Translations under genes and position numbers: made by a program
DNA from: Octopus sinensis
Taxonomy: Eukaryota
Length of the DNA stretch: 64,000 nucleotides
Direction of reading: 5' to 3'
Assembly: GCF_006345805.1 (NCBI RefSeq)
Contig: NC_043006.1
Coordinates: forward strand, 64,108,001 to 64,172,000
Notes under the pieces: generated by a model
Database searches by the model: none
What the model was told of the DNA's origin: nothing
Seen by the model: only the letters and a program-made list of their open reading frames with translations
Shown here: in pieces, positions 50,228 through 63,985 of the stretch
How the letters are laid out: each line of letters starts with the position of its first letter
Numbering within the stretch: position 1 is the stretch's first letter

Positions 50228-51691
50228 CATACATTGGCCCGAATTCAGTTCATTCCATTTCATCCATCGTCGTCGTCGTCAGCATTATCTTTACGTCGCA
50301 TTTCGTTCTGAAATCAAATCGCATTACATGTCTTCGTTTCGGGTTTGCTGAAAGAGTTAAATGCGAGCAGCGTCTGCGTGACACACCTGTTAGAATCAGC
50401 ATCTAAGTCTCCCTCATATCAAATCGTACCGCCTTTACAAAATGAGGGTATCCATTTGTTTGCGTCTTTCATGATTAAGTTAAATACAAGTGAGAGTGAA
50501 AGTAATTTATATCGCCTGCAACCTCATCCAGATCTTTTTTTTTTAATCCTTAATCTGCTTTAGCCATTGGATTGCGGTCATGCTGAGGCTATTACTTTGA
50601 AATTTTTAGTCAAACAAGTCGATCCCAGTAATTTTTTTTTTATTTTTTATAAAAGTCTGGTATTTATAATATAGCGTATTTTAACGTGTATAAGGAACCC
50701 TTTTTTGTCAAAAATTAGGTTGAAAAAATATGGGAGTTTCTTATACATGGACAGTATTATAATCCCTTACAAAACCATTTTTCCAAATTTTAAGTCCCCC
50801 CCCCCCAAAAAAAAAAATTAGGGTACTTTTTACCAAATTTAAAGCCTCCAAATTTACGGTACTTCTTTTTTTTTTTGTCCAACCGCTAAGTTGCAAGGAT
50901 GTAAACAAATCAACATCAGTTGTCAAGCGGTGAGGAACACACACACACGATGGTTTCCGTCTACTAAATTCACTCACAAAGCTATTGTCGGCCCGAGGCT
51001 ATAATAGCAAACCCCTACCTAATGTACCGCGCATTGGGCCCGGACCCGAAACCACTTGGTTACAATGTGAGCTTTTTAACCACACAGACATGCCTTTGTA
51101 TCCCCGCTTCCATTCGTGCTTTAAAATATATAATCAATACTAATTTTCCAGAGTTAAGCCCTTCTATTTACGTTTCTTATAGTAAAATTTGTGCAAATTT
51201 GAGTGACGGGCGAAAATAGGAACAATGAGTGGGTCTGCTCTCAGCGTGTACCTGTCTATAGATCAGAGAATGACAGTCGCGATTAACTCCTAGATCTATG
51301 GGTTCCTTGATTGATCAGAATAACCGGTTCAATCCTTATTTGTTACAGTATGCGTATTTTTTACCTCATCTTCTCATTAGAATTCCGCATAAACCCCCCC
51401 ACACTTTATGTAACCTAGTCTGTGTAGTGTCCTCTACATCCGAAGCCTCTGTAGCTGGCAGAATCGTTAGTTTCAACCGAAATGCCTTGTTTTATTTCCC
51501 CTAGTTCTTTAGATTCCGAGCTCAAATCGCGCTTAGGTTAACTTTGTCTTTCACCCTTTTCAGGCCGACAAAATAAAGTACAAGTGAAGTATTGGACCGA
51601 TAGTATCGACAAACCTTCTCTCCTTAAAATTGCTGGCCTTATACCTAAGTCAGAAAGTATCGTCATCATCAGCAGCATCGTTATTCATATG

Positions 51692-52140
51692 AAGGCGGCG
51701 AGCTGGCAGAATCATTAGCACGCCGACCAAAATGCCTAGCGACATTTCGTCCGTCTTCACGTTCTGGGTTCAAATGCCACTGGGGGTTTACTCTGCCTTT
51801 CATCCTTTCGGAGAGGATAAAATAAGAACCACTTGAACACTGGGATCGATATAATCGATTTACCTCTACCACAAAATTGCTGGCCTTGTGCCAAATTATT
51901 ATTTTTATTATTATTATGGCGAACTGGCAGAATCGTTAGCGCGCAGGACAAAATGCTTAGCGGTATTTCGCCCGTCGCTCCGTTCTGAGTTCAAACTCCG
52001 CCGAGGTTGACTTTGCTTTTCATCCTTTCGGGGGTCGATAAATTAAGTACCAGTTGAGTACTGGGGTCGATGTAATCGACTAGTCTCTTCCCATCAAATT
52101 TCAGGGGCCTTGTGCCTTTAGTAGAAAGGATCATCATCAT
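51692..52140 (+). mobile_element. Two tandem SINE family A copies
   Basis: Heads at ~51692 and ~51915. Confidence 0.85.
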
Positions 52141-52240
52141 CATCATTATTATTATTATTATTGACTGTAGTAGAATGCAGGCGTTTATTTGCAAACTCCT
52201 ACTTGGGCTTTATTTCACGCTTAACCCTAATCCTAACGAA

Positions 52241-52538
52241 AGTGGTTGGGGTATTCGGTTCACGATCGTAAGGTCGCGAGTTCGATTCCCGGCAGTGCGC
52301 TCTGTCCTTCTGATACTTTTTCACGTTGCTCCAGTCCATTCAGCTGCCAAAAATTAAGTAATACCTGTATTTGAAAGGACCAGCCCTGACATACTCTGTG
52401 TCATACTGAATCTCCCTGAGAACTACGTTAAGGGTACGCATGCTTGTGGAGTACTCAGTCACTTGGACATTATTTTCACGAGCAAGCTGTTCCGATGATC
52501 GGATCAAATGGAACCTTCGTCAACGTAACCGTCGAAGA
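52241..52538 (+). mobile_element. Chimeric SINE: family D head plus CORE-like body plus family C tail
   Basis: GAGTTCGATTCCCGG...TTTCACGTTGCTCCAGTCCATTCAGCTG joined to TACCTGTATTT...GAGAACTACGTTAAGGGTAC...GGAACCTTCGTC. Confidence 0.8.
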
Positions 52539-53294
52539 GCTAGTTTTCTTTTTGTTCTTGAACAAAACAAATAAAAATAAAATAACTGACTTTATGTTCA
52601 GCTACCTTAGTTTACCTTAGTCCTTGGATCTAATCCAAGAGAAAGCAAAGAGAAAATAACATAACTGTATTTTAAGAAGGGTGATTGAGGTTTCTACACC
52701 TATTCCAAACAGCAAATCGAAGATGCACTCCCACGAAACATTGAGAGAAATTCTCTCAGTTTAGCGTTGTCGGGCTATCTGCTGTATATTCAGGGCCGAG
52801 GACTCAACGAAAACACAGTCTGAAATAGTTAGACATACTTCCGCTTGTATACGTGTTCTTGAGTTTTGAGTAGGGAAATACAAAAATGACGACCAGGAGC
52901 ATTAATTACGACGTTGACCCAAAATTGGCTATAATCTTTGTATTGAAGTATATAAGCGAGTGGTTTGTGGTCGGGAGGGGTAGGATAGAGTCGAAGTCCT
53001 TATGATTCCCGAAAACAACACAGCCATTTTGGAGCTGTGTCCAGTTGAGGACACCGTGACAACGGGCATGAAACTTATGGTGTCAGGTAGAAGGTCACAT
53101 TGAGATATTTTGTAACGTGGTTCCGAGTTCAGTACCACTGCACGGCACTTTGGGCAAGAGTCTTCTACTACAGATCCGAGCTAACCAATGCCTTCAGTGA
53201 ATTTCGTAGACAGAAACTGTTAGGAATCCCGCCGTATATATATATTCTTTTATTCGTTTCAGCCCTAAGGCCGTGGCATGCTGGGGCACCGCCA

Positions 53295-53347
<53 letters not shown>

Positions 53348-53501
53348 GGTATTTTTACATAAGCTTAAAGGTTATGGCGATCACCGGGCAATGACTAAGG
53401 AAAATAGTCTAATAAAGGGGACAGAAAAAAGAAGGCTTTTCTATCCGCGTGGGAGTCGAATCCACATCCCTTTGTTAATGCGACCAAATGTGTTCCCCAA
53501 A

Positions 53502-53538
<37 letters not shown>

Positions 53539-55609
53539 TACACCTTTTGCTTCTTTCATTCAATGGACTGCAGACATGCGGGGCTCTTTCTTCAAAGGTT
53601 TAGTCGAACAAATCGAACCTAGTACGTATTTATAAAACCGGTACCTATTCTATCAGTTTCTATAGCCGAACCGCTAAGTTACAGGCATGTAAACAAATCA
53701 ACACCGGTTGTTAAGCAGGAGTGGGAGGAAAACACCAGGGCAAACATCCATATGTATGTATGTATGTATGTATGTTGTCAATTACAACATTGGACAGAAA
53801 AGAACCCAAAGAGAAGGAGCACAGAACATCTATTTAGTACCTTAAAGTTACATAACACACGTTCAGCGAGTCTTTTGAAACACGTGTAGTAAATTACTAC
53901 CTATTCCATTCCATTCACCCACAGAATTAATATCGCATAATTAGCAACCTTTGTTGCTATATACGAGGGTTGTATAGTGGCGGTCATCTTATCGGAATTT
54001 ATGTCTAATTCGATACGGGACAAAGTATATTGAATAAATTGATTAATAAACTTTATTGATTGATTATCATTTGCTTTGTGTTATCTATACAAGCCTTATC
54101 TATGCTTGAAGTTAACTGTTTTTACCCCGACTACATTGGATCTCACTCTGTGTGTGTGTGTGTGTGTGTGTGTATCTAATGGGGGTGGGAACTTATTTCA
54201 ATAACAGAAAACTTTATGATATCAAAAGAGTATGTATGAGTGGAAGATACGGTGGCGTGATGTCATGAGAGAGAGAGAGGGGGGAAGAGAGAGAGAGAGA
54301 CGAAGGTGTCTAATCGCCGTGGGGAACTAAATAAATCTAACGCTTCGGGTTCAAGCCCTTTGTCTAAGAATAAGAAAGAGGAGAAAAAAAACGAAAGTGA
54401 TGTCGCTTTGGTATCGCAAGCTAGAAAATGAAGGACAGAAAGAATAAAAAATGAAAGTGATGTGAGAAATAGGAAAAAGTCCAGTGAGATTTAGTGTGAG
54501 AAGAGAGGAAGTAATAAAGAAAGAGAGAGGAGAAGATTGTGGAGAGCTAAAGTTTTGTTTAATTTAAGCACGGCCGGGCAAAGAAAGGAGAGGAAAAGAA
54601 TGTGAGCTCTTAAAGCTGTTTAGTTTTGTCGCTCACAATTTTGGATTTCAAATCTCATGAGAGGTCGACAGAGGCCATCATTACTGACAAGACAAAATAA
54701 ATCGTCTCTTTCAAATGTGAGATCCTTGCGTAAGCATGAGAACTTTGTTATATGGTACACTACGATGGGATAGAGAGGGAGATGTTATTTAGCCCAAGGT
54801 CAACTTTTGATCGAGTTGACCAATGATTAAAAGACATTTTAAGCGTGACCATCTCACCGCTTTTTTTTTTTTTTTTTTTAATCATGGACTAGTGTGCCTT
54901 TCATTTTTTTTTTTTAAACAGCAAAGTGTATGATACGAGAGGTATTTCGCTACTCTTTCCCGCAAGTCGAACGATCAAAGCGTTACCCTAACTGTTTCGA
55001 TAAGTTTGTCGATTTATTTTAAGGAACAATTTAAGAGTGAAAGCGAAAAGGCAACCGAGTGAGAGAGAAATGCAGATACATAAATTACAGTATATCGATA
55101 GGTAAACGTATCCATTACACAAAGAGACAAACATAAATATACAAATAGTCTCACACACACAGCTCCACGTAAACAAAATCGAGAACTTCTTATGGGATTG
55201 AAGGAGCCACTATGTGGTCGATCGAGTTGTTAGGAATAGCAGCTAAATTGCCATAGTATCACATTCTATTACTTTAAATAAAACGTAGCCATAGGTGCAC
55301 TATTTTTTTAGTGAATAAAATACAAAATAATCACAGCTGGAACTCCTTAATCTAGTTCTGCCGGATCGCTGCTGGCCAGAGGCTTCAATAACGAGTCGAT
55401 AAGAAGACCATGTAGCCGCACGGACTACGAGAACTCGCGGCCATATCTCCCTCAAATCACACTCTATCCCGCTTACAAAAAAATACACATTCGATAATCT
55501 TTTTGCCGATACTGGAAATAAAAAGGACGAGATGGTCACGAATGGCATAAAGTGATTTTAAGAACTGACAATAAATAATAATATAAATTACAGAATACAC
55601 AACACACAC

Positions 55610-55660
<51 letters not shown>

Positions 55661-55912
55661 ATCAGAGAAGGCACAGCTCCGGCAGAGCATTCACAGTTAA
55701 AATACTAATGAAAGATCAAATATATAATGAAGTTACTAAGAAAGAAAAAATATGTATTTACACACACACACGTATCTATGTACACACCGACATGAGCGAA
55801 ACCTGTTTATATTAGAAGCCAAATAAAGAATGATGTGTGTGTGTGTGTGTGTGTGTAGATAAAGAACAATGTATGAGTGCATGTAAGAATATGTATGCAT
55901 GTGTGTGTATGC

Positions 55913-55960
<48 letters not shown>

Positions 55961-56404
55961 ACTATCCAATCAGTCTTACATTAAAGAACAGCAGACACAC
56001 AAACACAGGCACCTCTGTTAATATTATATACGTAAGTTATAGGACGAGTGAGTAGTAGTAATAGTAGTGACAGCAGGAATAGTAACAGTGTTGGTGGTGG
56101 CGACGACGACGATGTTTATGGCGGTGTTGGTGATGGCCGCGATAGTTATTAACAATAACAGCGTCGACCAATACGTCCGGAAGAGACGACAGAAAGCGCT
56201 TAATTGTGGAGAAAATATTAACTAGTCCGAGTACAATATGGTTTCATACTTCAAATGTCTTACACGACATGTTTTTGTAATATCTGCGTGCGTATGTGTG
56301 TGCTGTACATGCAAATCTGTGTTGTATAGACATACGCAAATGACTGCGTGTAACTGTGAACGCAGAATGAAACTGTATAAGATTTTTGACTCTCCCAAGA
56401 TACA

Positions 56405-56447
<43 letters not shown>

Positions 56448-57964
56448 CATGCAGAGAGATACAATTTTATATGCTAATATCAAAAATGTGTGTGTAGTAC
56501 AACTACTTTTCGGAAGAAAACAAACCAAGAAACAGGTTCCGCCCTAGTATTAATGTGCGTAACATATACAAATATACAATGTATGTGTGTGTGTGTATAG
56601 TTTCCCCGATGAGCCATAGGCGAAACTGAATATATATTTTTGTGGGACTTAACGAATATGGATTAAATATTTTTTATTTACTCTCAGACTTTTATTTATC
56701 TTTGTGTACTTAATTCTAAGTGGGCCTGACGTAGTAGCTTCTTTTTCAACTTCTCACTGCCTGAAATAATATATATATATACACACACACAAATATACAT
56801 ACATATTTATGCTACATTTCCAAGTTATATATGCACCTAATTAAGTTAACGACTTAAAATGCTTACGCCATTATTCAGCACACACACTAAAGGTTCTACT
56901 GACGAGCCAACGAAGTGATTCCTCAAGCTAGCCATTAAAACAATCAGAAATAACAACCAAATCTCGTTCAAATCACATCTTTGGACGGTGTAAAAATATG
57001 TCATACAGAAAGAACTTGTATTGGTAGATTATAGGTCTTCTCTTATCAGAGCTGATTAGGAACAAAACAACAGGCTGTCATTTCTATTTTAACATAGATG
57101 TGGAAAAGAGAGGAGGGGAACAAATATGCCAAGAGGAAACAAACACAGCGCTTTCATACCTGAACATTGCAACTAAAAAATAAAATTAAAATAACATAAC
57201 AAGGATGTTGTGACGGTCGTGTACTGTGTTGTTGTTTAGCCACAGGATAGGTTTGATATAGCAAATTTATGATCAACGCTATTCCGTCTCTCCTCTAGGC
57301 ATGTGCATCTAGGACTACATTAACCAGTCTGACCTTCATTTTTTATTTTTTTATAAGATGATAATATGTGATTTGAGGGAGAATTGTCGGCTATTTTTTG
57401 GGCGGGGTTAGCGTCAGTTTCGTAGCTTCTCTTGCAATGAATGTTTAATTAATGTTAACGCGACTTCAAATTTATTAGTGGAAGGATAATGTTGGAAAGG
57501 CATTTATAGAGAAAAACAAATGAATTCGTTTTTTTAAAAAAGGGTTTTTTTTAAATCAAAATTAAACATGTTAACAGGTTAATAAAGTTATTGTTTAGCT
57601 GCAGGTTAACCTTGATTCAACAATAAAGGCATCCCAACCGTGATCATCCAGTCATTTTGTATATCAGGGACTGCGTTTTTAAGGCATTAGACTGTGATTT
57701 GGGGGAAAATGCGACGACTATTTCAAACAGGTCAAACGACCGAGTAGTTCAGTAGTGCCAACCTTTTGTCAATTACTCCTTTCGCCGAATCAATAACCCC
57801 TCCCCTATCCATCCCAAACCGCTTTATAAATATATTGCAACGGGGTGCTCCTAATATTTCATATTACACTCCTCTTGGAGGATATATTTCTGCTTTTATT
57901 TGCATTAAATGTGGTAGCGCCCTTATGTTTCCTACGGCGTATGATTATCATCATTATTATTATT

Positions 57965-58630
57965 ACTCAAATTCCGCCGAGGTCGACTTACGCACTGGAG
58001 TCGATTACATCAACTTAATTCCCGCCATCAAGCTGCCCTTGTGGGAAAAATTTGAAAGCATTATTATTATTATTCAAATTCCGCCGAGGTTGACTCTGCT
58101 TTTCATCTTTCGGGGTCGATAAATTAATTACCAGTGAAACAATGGGATCGATTTAATCGACTAGTCCCTCCCAAAAATTTCAGGCCTTGTGCCTTTAGTA
58201 GAAAACTCTGCTGCTACTACTACTACTGCTACTACTAAGGCGGCGAGCTGGCAGTATCGTTAGCGAGCTGGACGAAATACTCAGAGGTATTTCGTCTGCC
58301 GCTACGTTCTGAGTTCAAATTCCGCCGAGGTCGACTTTGCCTTTCATCCTTTCGGGATCGATTAAATAAGTACCAGTTACGCACTGGGGATCGATATAAT
58401 CGACTTAATCCGTTTGTCTGTTATTGTTTGTCCTCTCTGTGTTTAGCCCCTTGTGGGTAGTAAAGAAATAGGTATTTCGCCCGTCGCTACGTTCCGAGTT
58501 CAAATTCCGCCGAGATCAACTTTGCCTTTCATCCCTTCGAGGTCGATAAATTAAGTACCAGTTGAGTACTGGAGTCGATATTATCGACTATCCCCCTCCC
58601 CCAAATTTCAGGTCTTGTGCCTATAGTAAA
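57965..58630 (+). mobile_element. Cluster of four co-oriented SINE family A units including a dimer
   Basis: Units at ~57965, ~58073, 58238-58470 and 58472-58630. Confidence 0.85.
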
Positions 58631-59186
58631 AAGGATTATTATATAAAACATACATAAACATTTTAAAATGTTATCAAAAATTATTTCAAAACTAGAGAAA
58701 AAGTACTTTGTAATATAATATACTGCGATCCATCACAGGTTGGGAACGTGGAACGTAATGGCTCCCTCATTAGGTCGAATTAATCAAGTTTGTTAATTAA
58801 ATAAGTACAGAAAGAGAGGGGAAAATCTGAGAGACAATTAGAAAACTTATTGCCTTTTAATAAAGGACTTCAAGTTACGTGGATTTAGGAAAGAGAGATT
58901 GTGATTTCCATGTCTTCCTCAAGGGCATTAACAGGCGAAGTTGAAGGAGACTGACAAAAGAGAAGAAAACTATCGGGAATCGAACACGCATCACTTCTTT
59001 TTATTTATATTTTTTGTTGTTATTGTTTGCTTTTTTTTTTCTTTCCTTGTGTTTATTTCTCGCCTGCTCTGTAGCGATAACCATGAACATTGACACAAAA
59101 TGTAAAAAGAAAACGGAGTAAAGTTGAATTCCAAGCCAAGCCTGATTGGGCAGATCTATGACTAGAGACGTCCCAACGCGACCGTC

Positions 59187-59232
<46 letters not shown>

Positions 59233-59750
59233 CAGACGGCTATATTGCTCGATACGTACTTCCATCTTTTTAAACACCATACAGTGTGAGATTTGAGGGG
59301 AATTTAACTACTATTTTTAGCAGGTCGATTGACCACGTAGAGGTTCCTTCATTAGCTTGAGTGGAGTGGAGAGAAGATGTGTTTATGTGTATCTACCTGA
59401 CACACAGCCAAAAATATAGAACAGTAAACAAATAAAGAGATGTGTAATGCGAGTGCGTCTATGAAATTTGAAACTATTTCCTTCTTTTTGCCCAAAATAA
59501 TGACTACTGACTCTGGCACAAGACCAAAAAATTAGGGGCAGTGGAAGGAGGTATGGTTAATTCAATCCCCTCATCCCATAGTACTTGAATTGACTGGTAC
59601 TTCATTTCATCGATCCCCTGAAAGGGTATAAAGTAAAGCTGACATTCGACTGAATGCGTAAAGGAGGGATGAGTAAATATCGAAAGGCGTTTTCGTCCGA
59701 CACTCTACCGACTCTGGCAAAGTAATACGGCAAATACGTTATGATGGAAA

Positions 59751-60189
59751 GGGTCTTTTCGGTTTGAACGGCAGTTTTTAAAAATAATTTTCCACTTAAC
59801 TAATCACTTTTAAACTTCGTATACTGGTAGAATGTGTTTATAAAACATCTTTTTCTCTTGGCGTTATTGGGAAAGTTCTATAGTTTGTAAGATATTTGTT
59901 GTTTCTTTCTTCAATTTCTGCAATTTCAACTAATCAATGACGTCTATTGAGGTAAAAAAACATTCTGTACCGTACGAATATGACCCTCGTTTAAGAAACA
60001 GATTGGGTTTATTAAAATAACATAATTAATTAAAATAACATAACATGTGAAGAAAAAAAGATACCCTTCCCCCCACCCCTAACCCTAAAACAGATTGAAA
60101 TGCAATAGATCGATACTAATGTCATAATTATGGGTGACAATTTCATATGACACCGCTAGAAAAAACTGCCGTTCAAACCGAAAAGATCC
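59751..60189 (+). mobile_element. Second copy of the Merlin-like non-autonomous transposon
   Basis: Same TIRs as 42293-42705; TSD GATGGAAA (59743-59750, 60190-60197). Confidence 0.9.
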
Positions 60190-60389
60190 GATGGAAATAC
60201 TAAGTAAATATAGACAGAAATCGGTTTTTGTACAAGATTTTGTGTGTCTGAGAGAGGGAGAGAGAGTACGTGTTTTGTATGTGAGCGTGTCTTCCAAAAA
60301 GGAACATCGAGTTATCAAACGTACTTCTCCAGAAGACAGGCTTTAATTAAAAATAATCTCCTATTGTCATTATATTTTGTGAAGGTAAG

Positions 60390-60960
60390 GTGGCGAGCTG
60401 GCAGAATCGTTAGCACGCTGGACGAAATGCTTAGCAGTATTTCGCCTGTCTTTACGTTCTGAGTTCAAATTCCGCCGAGGTCGACTTTGCCTTTCATCCT
60501 TGTCGATAAATTAAGTACCAGTTGCGTACAAGAGTCGATCTAATTGACCGGCCCCCTCCCCCTCCCCCCCCCCAAAATTTCGGGCCTTGAGTCTAGTGCA
60601 GAAAAGTATATTTTGTGAAGGTAAGCTGGCAGAATCATTAGCACGCTGGACGAAATGCTTAGCAGTATTTCATCTGCCGCTACGTTCTGAGTTCAAATTC
60701 CGCCGAGGTCGACTTTGCCTTTCATCCTTTCGGGGTCGATATAATCGACTTAATCCGTTTGTTTGTCCTAGTTTGTCCTCTCTGTGTTTAGCCCCTTGTG
60801 GGTAGTAAAGAAATAGGTATTTCGCCCGTCGGTACGTTCTGAGTTCAAATTCCGCCGAGGTTGACTTTGCTTTTCGGGGTCTATGAAATGAGTACTAGAG
60901 TCGATGTAATCGACTAGTCCCCTCACCTAAAATTTGAGGTCTTAAGCATCTAGAAGAAAG
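60390..60960 (+). mobile_element. SINE family A monomer plus dimer
   Basis: Monomer 60390-60606 flanked by TATATTTTGTGAAGGTAAG (60371-60389, 60607-60625), then dimer ~60625-60960. Confidence 0.85.
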
Positions 60961-61209
60961 GATTGTATTTTGCGAAAGTGCATGACCTAGTGGTTAGGGT
61001 TTCGATTCCCAGACCAGGAGGTATGTTATTGAGCCAAACACTTCATTTCATGTCCATTGAACATGCGACCAACTGGCATCCCATGCAGACGGAGCTGTTA
61101 GGATCTCGGGCATTTTTACAACACGGGAACAGGATAAACGGTCCTATGAGTCCAAAGAGTGAAGACAGTACTTCGAGTTTTAAGATTCAGAACGGTAAGT
61201 AGCTTAGAC

Positions 61210-61405
61210 CTCTGGTTCTCAACCATTTTAATATCCGGGTCGGATTCAAACCGGGATTTGGGGGAGGGGGATCTGCACCAAAAAAAAAGTAAAACGCAAG
61301 TTAAATTATAATTTAATATATTTATAGAAGAAAGACCATTGAGGGTCGCTGGAGGAATGCTTGAAGGTGGCATGCGGCCCTAAGAGCCGCGGTTGAGAAC
61401 CGTTG
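61210..61405. mobile_element. hAT (Charlie-like) MITE
   Basis: CTCTGGTTCTCAACC / GGTTGAGAACCGTTG; degenerate TSD GCTTAGAC/GTTTAGAT. Confidence 0.7.
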
Positions 61406-61639
61406 GTTTAGATTCTTTAACATTCAGAGTTCAAATTCCGCAGAAGTTAATTTAACTCTAATATACCGCCTCCTTCCCAAAATTTAGTTTTATACAAGTG
61501 CTCGAAATATGCATTTCTTATTTCTAAGATATAAATGCAGGTGGTACCAGTAACTATACCTGAGAACCATCCCATACAAAGATCGCAGAAAAACGACAGA
61601 CAGAATGACTAGGATAAAAAGGGGGACAGGTCGACAGTA

Positions 61640-61990
61640 AATATGGCGATGTGGTTAAGAGGTTTGTTTTGCAATCACGTGGTTTCGGGTTCAATCCCAC
61701 TGCGTGGCAATCTGACCAAGTGCTTTCTGCTATAGCCCTGGACAGATCAATGCCCTGTGAGTGAATCTAATTAACAGAAATTATGTGGAAGCCCGTCGTA
61801 TTGTGTTCCCTCACCGCTTCACAACTAACGTTGGTTTGTTTACGTCTCCATAACTTAGCGATTCGGCAAAAGAAGACCGGCGGGATAAGTACCAGGCTTA
61901 AAAGAATAAGTACTGGGGTCATTTTGTTCGACTACACCCTTCAAGGCAGTGCCCTAGCATGACCACAGTCCGGAGACAGAAACGCGAGAA
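61640..61990 (+). mobile_element. SINE family B
   Basis: Family B body; another copy at 62715-62970. Confidence 0.8.
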
Positions 61991-62059
61991 CGATAAAAAT
62001 TAGCAGCCCTGTGGTCATCTTCAGCCATACCATGTGGAGGAAGATATAATAAAAAATAA

Positions 62060-62308
62060 TAAATGCGCCCTTTTAAACCTTGCCAGGTTCATGGGCCCGG
62101 TTTCCCGGTTTCAATGGCGTATTTGTTCCCTAGATGGACGAGACGCCAGTCCATCGCAGCGTTACTCATTTTTGCCAGCTGAGTGAACTGGAGCAACGTG
62201 AAATGAAGTGTTTTTGCTCAAGAACACAATGCGTCGCCCGGTCCAGGAATGGAAAAACAATCTTGCGATCATGATGCTGATACCCTACCTACTAAGCCAC
62301 GCGCCTCC
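62060..62308 (-). mobile_element. SINE with family D head, CORE-like body and V-domain-like 3' segment
   Basis: TTTCATTTCACGTTGCTCCAGTTCACTCAGCTGGCAAAAATGAGTAACGCTGCGATGGACTGGCGTCTCGTCCA; the GCGATGGACTGGCG motif recalls the V-SINE domain (from memory). Confidence 0.75.
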
Positions 62309-63935
62309 AAGGAGGAATATATGCGAGACAGCAAACCTCAATCGACGGATAATGCAAAGAGGTTTAATGACTGATTATGGCAGCGGAATAATACCGAATC
62401 TTAGATATGGATAGGTAAGCACAAGAGACCGGGAAGAACATTGCCAAGGATCGTGTGAATTCAGAAATTACTACCTTGTATACAAGCAGCGACATGGCAG
62501 AATTGTTAACACGTCGGACGAGATACTTGGCGGTATTTCTTCCGGCTCTTTACATCCGGAGTTTAAAATCCCATCGAGGACAACTCTGCGTTTCATCCGT
62601 TCAGGAACGATAAAATGAAGTACCAGTCAAAATTTAACCTTATAAATGAAATCGACTTGCTCCCTCCCCTCAAAAATTGCTGCAACAGATCGCCATTTTC
62701 AGGAGAATGCTGTGATCTTAGACAGAAACTGAAAGAAGCTCAATATATATATATATATATATATATATCCTTGTGTGTCTGTCCCCCACCATTGTTTAAC
62801 AACCGGTCTTGGTGAGTTTACGTCCCTGTAACTTAGCGGTTCGATAAAAGAGAGACAGAGAAAGTACCAGGCTTTAAAAAAAGTGCTGGAGTCGATTCGT
62901 TCGACTAAAATTCCTGAAGGCGGTGCCCCCAGCATAGCCGCAGTCTAATGACTGAAACAAGTGAAAGAATCTGAAAAACTACACAACAAAAATCAAATGT
63001 GTGTTTGTGAGAGAGAGAGAGGGGGGGAGGGAGAAAGAGAGAGCGCACACGCATGTGTACCTAGTGTAGATTTATCGCTTCACCACCACCACCTCCTCCT
63101 TCAACCCACTCTTATTTCGCTTTGCTGCAAACTAAACCCCTAGTTTAACCCCCATTTCTCTATATATCGCTGTCTAATACTTCTATTAATTTCATATACA
63201 ATGTCTTGCACTGTTACGCAAACCAGGGAGGCCACATCAGTTTTATCCGAGGATAAACAGCTAGAAGCTACTATTCCCATTGTGAACATAAAGTAACCGA
63301 TCTCTGATGAGGTATTAATACACTTAGAAACTAGTCATACTAGTATCTCTTTCGTCACACAGAAGTAAATCTGTGATTTAACTACGTCTACTTTTCACAG
63401 TGTTAACTACTGTATTTGAAAAAACGCACGAGCGTATTAGACGCACCCCAATTTCAGCAGCGCGCATATCAGACCCGAGGTGAATTTCAAATATCACTTT
63501 TTTAAAAGAAAAAAAAAAACAGTACATCTTAGCCATCAAAAACGGTATGTCTGTGTTATATAAATTTACCGTATATGTATTCACGCTCAAAAATTTAACC
63601 TTATAGAAACTCATTTTCACCCCACTCCCTTTCTTATCGATGAACGAGGTTGTGCAATCTACATTTAATTTGCTCACAAGTGATTATGAATTCACTCGTG
63701 TAACATGAAAAACAGTTAACCTCGGCGGAATTTGAACTCATAACGTAATGCGTCGAAATGGCTTGTTATTCGTTTGTCTTCTTTTTTATCTTTATCTGTT
63801 TTTGCTTTTTCTTTTTACATATTTCCCATTGTAGGCTTTGGGAACTTTATACCAAGTCCAAACTCACCATTCCATAAACCGTTACGCACATAGCAATTGG
63901 CGGCACAGAGTGATGGATGTTATAGTTTCGTCTGT

Positions 63936-63985
<50 letters not shown>

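Noticed and set aside
63296-63350. CTGATGA...GAAACTAGTCATACTAGTA hammerhead candidate
   Set aside because: Helix III is good, but extra nucleotides lie before GAAA and there is no helix I; at most a decayed motif.
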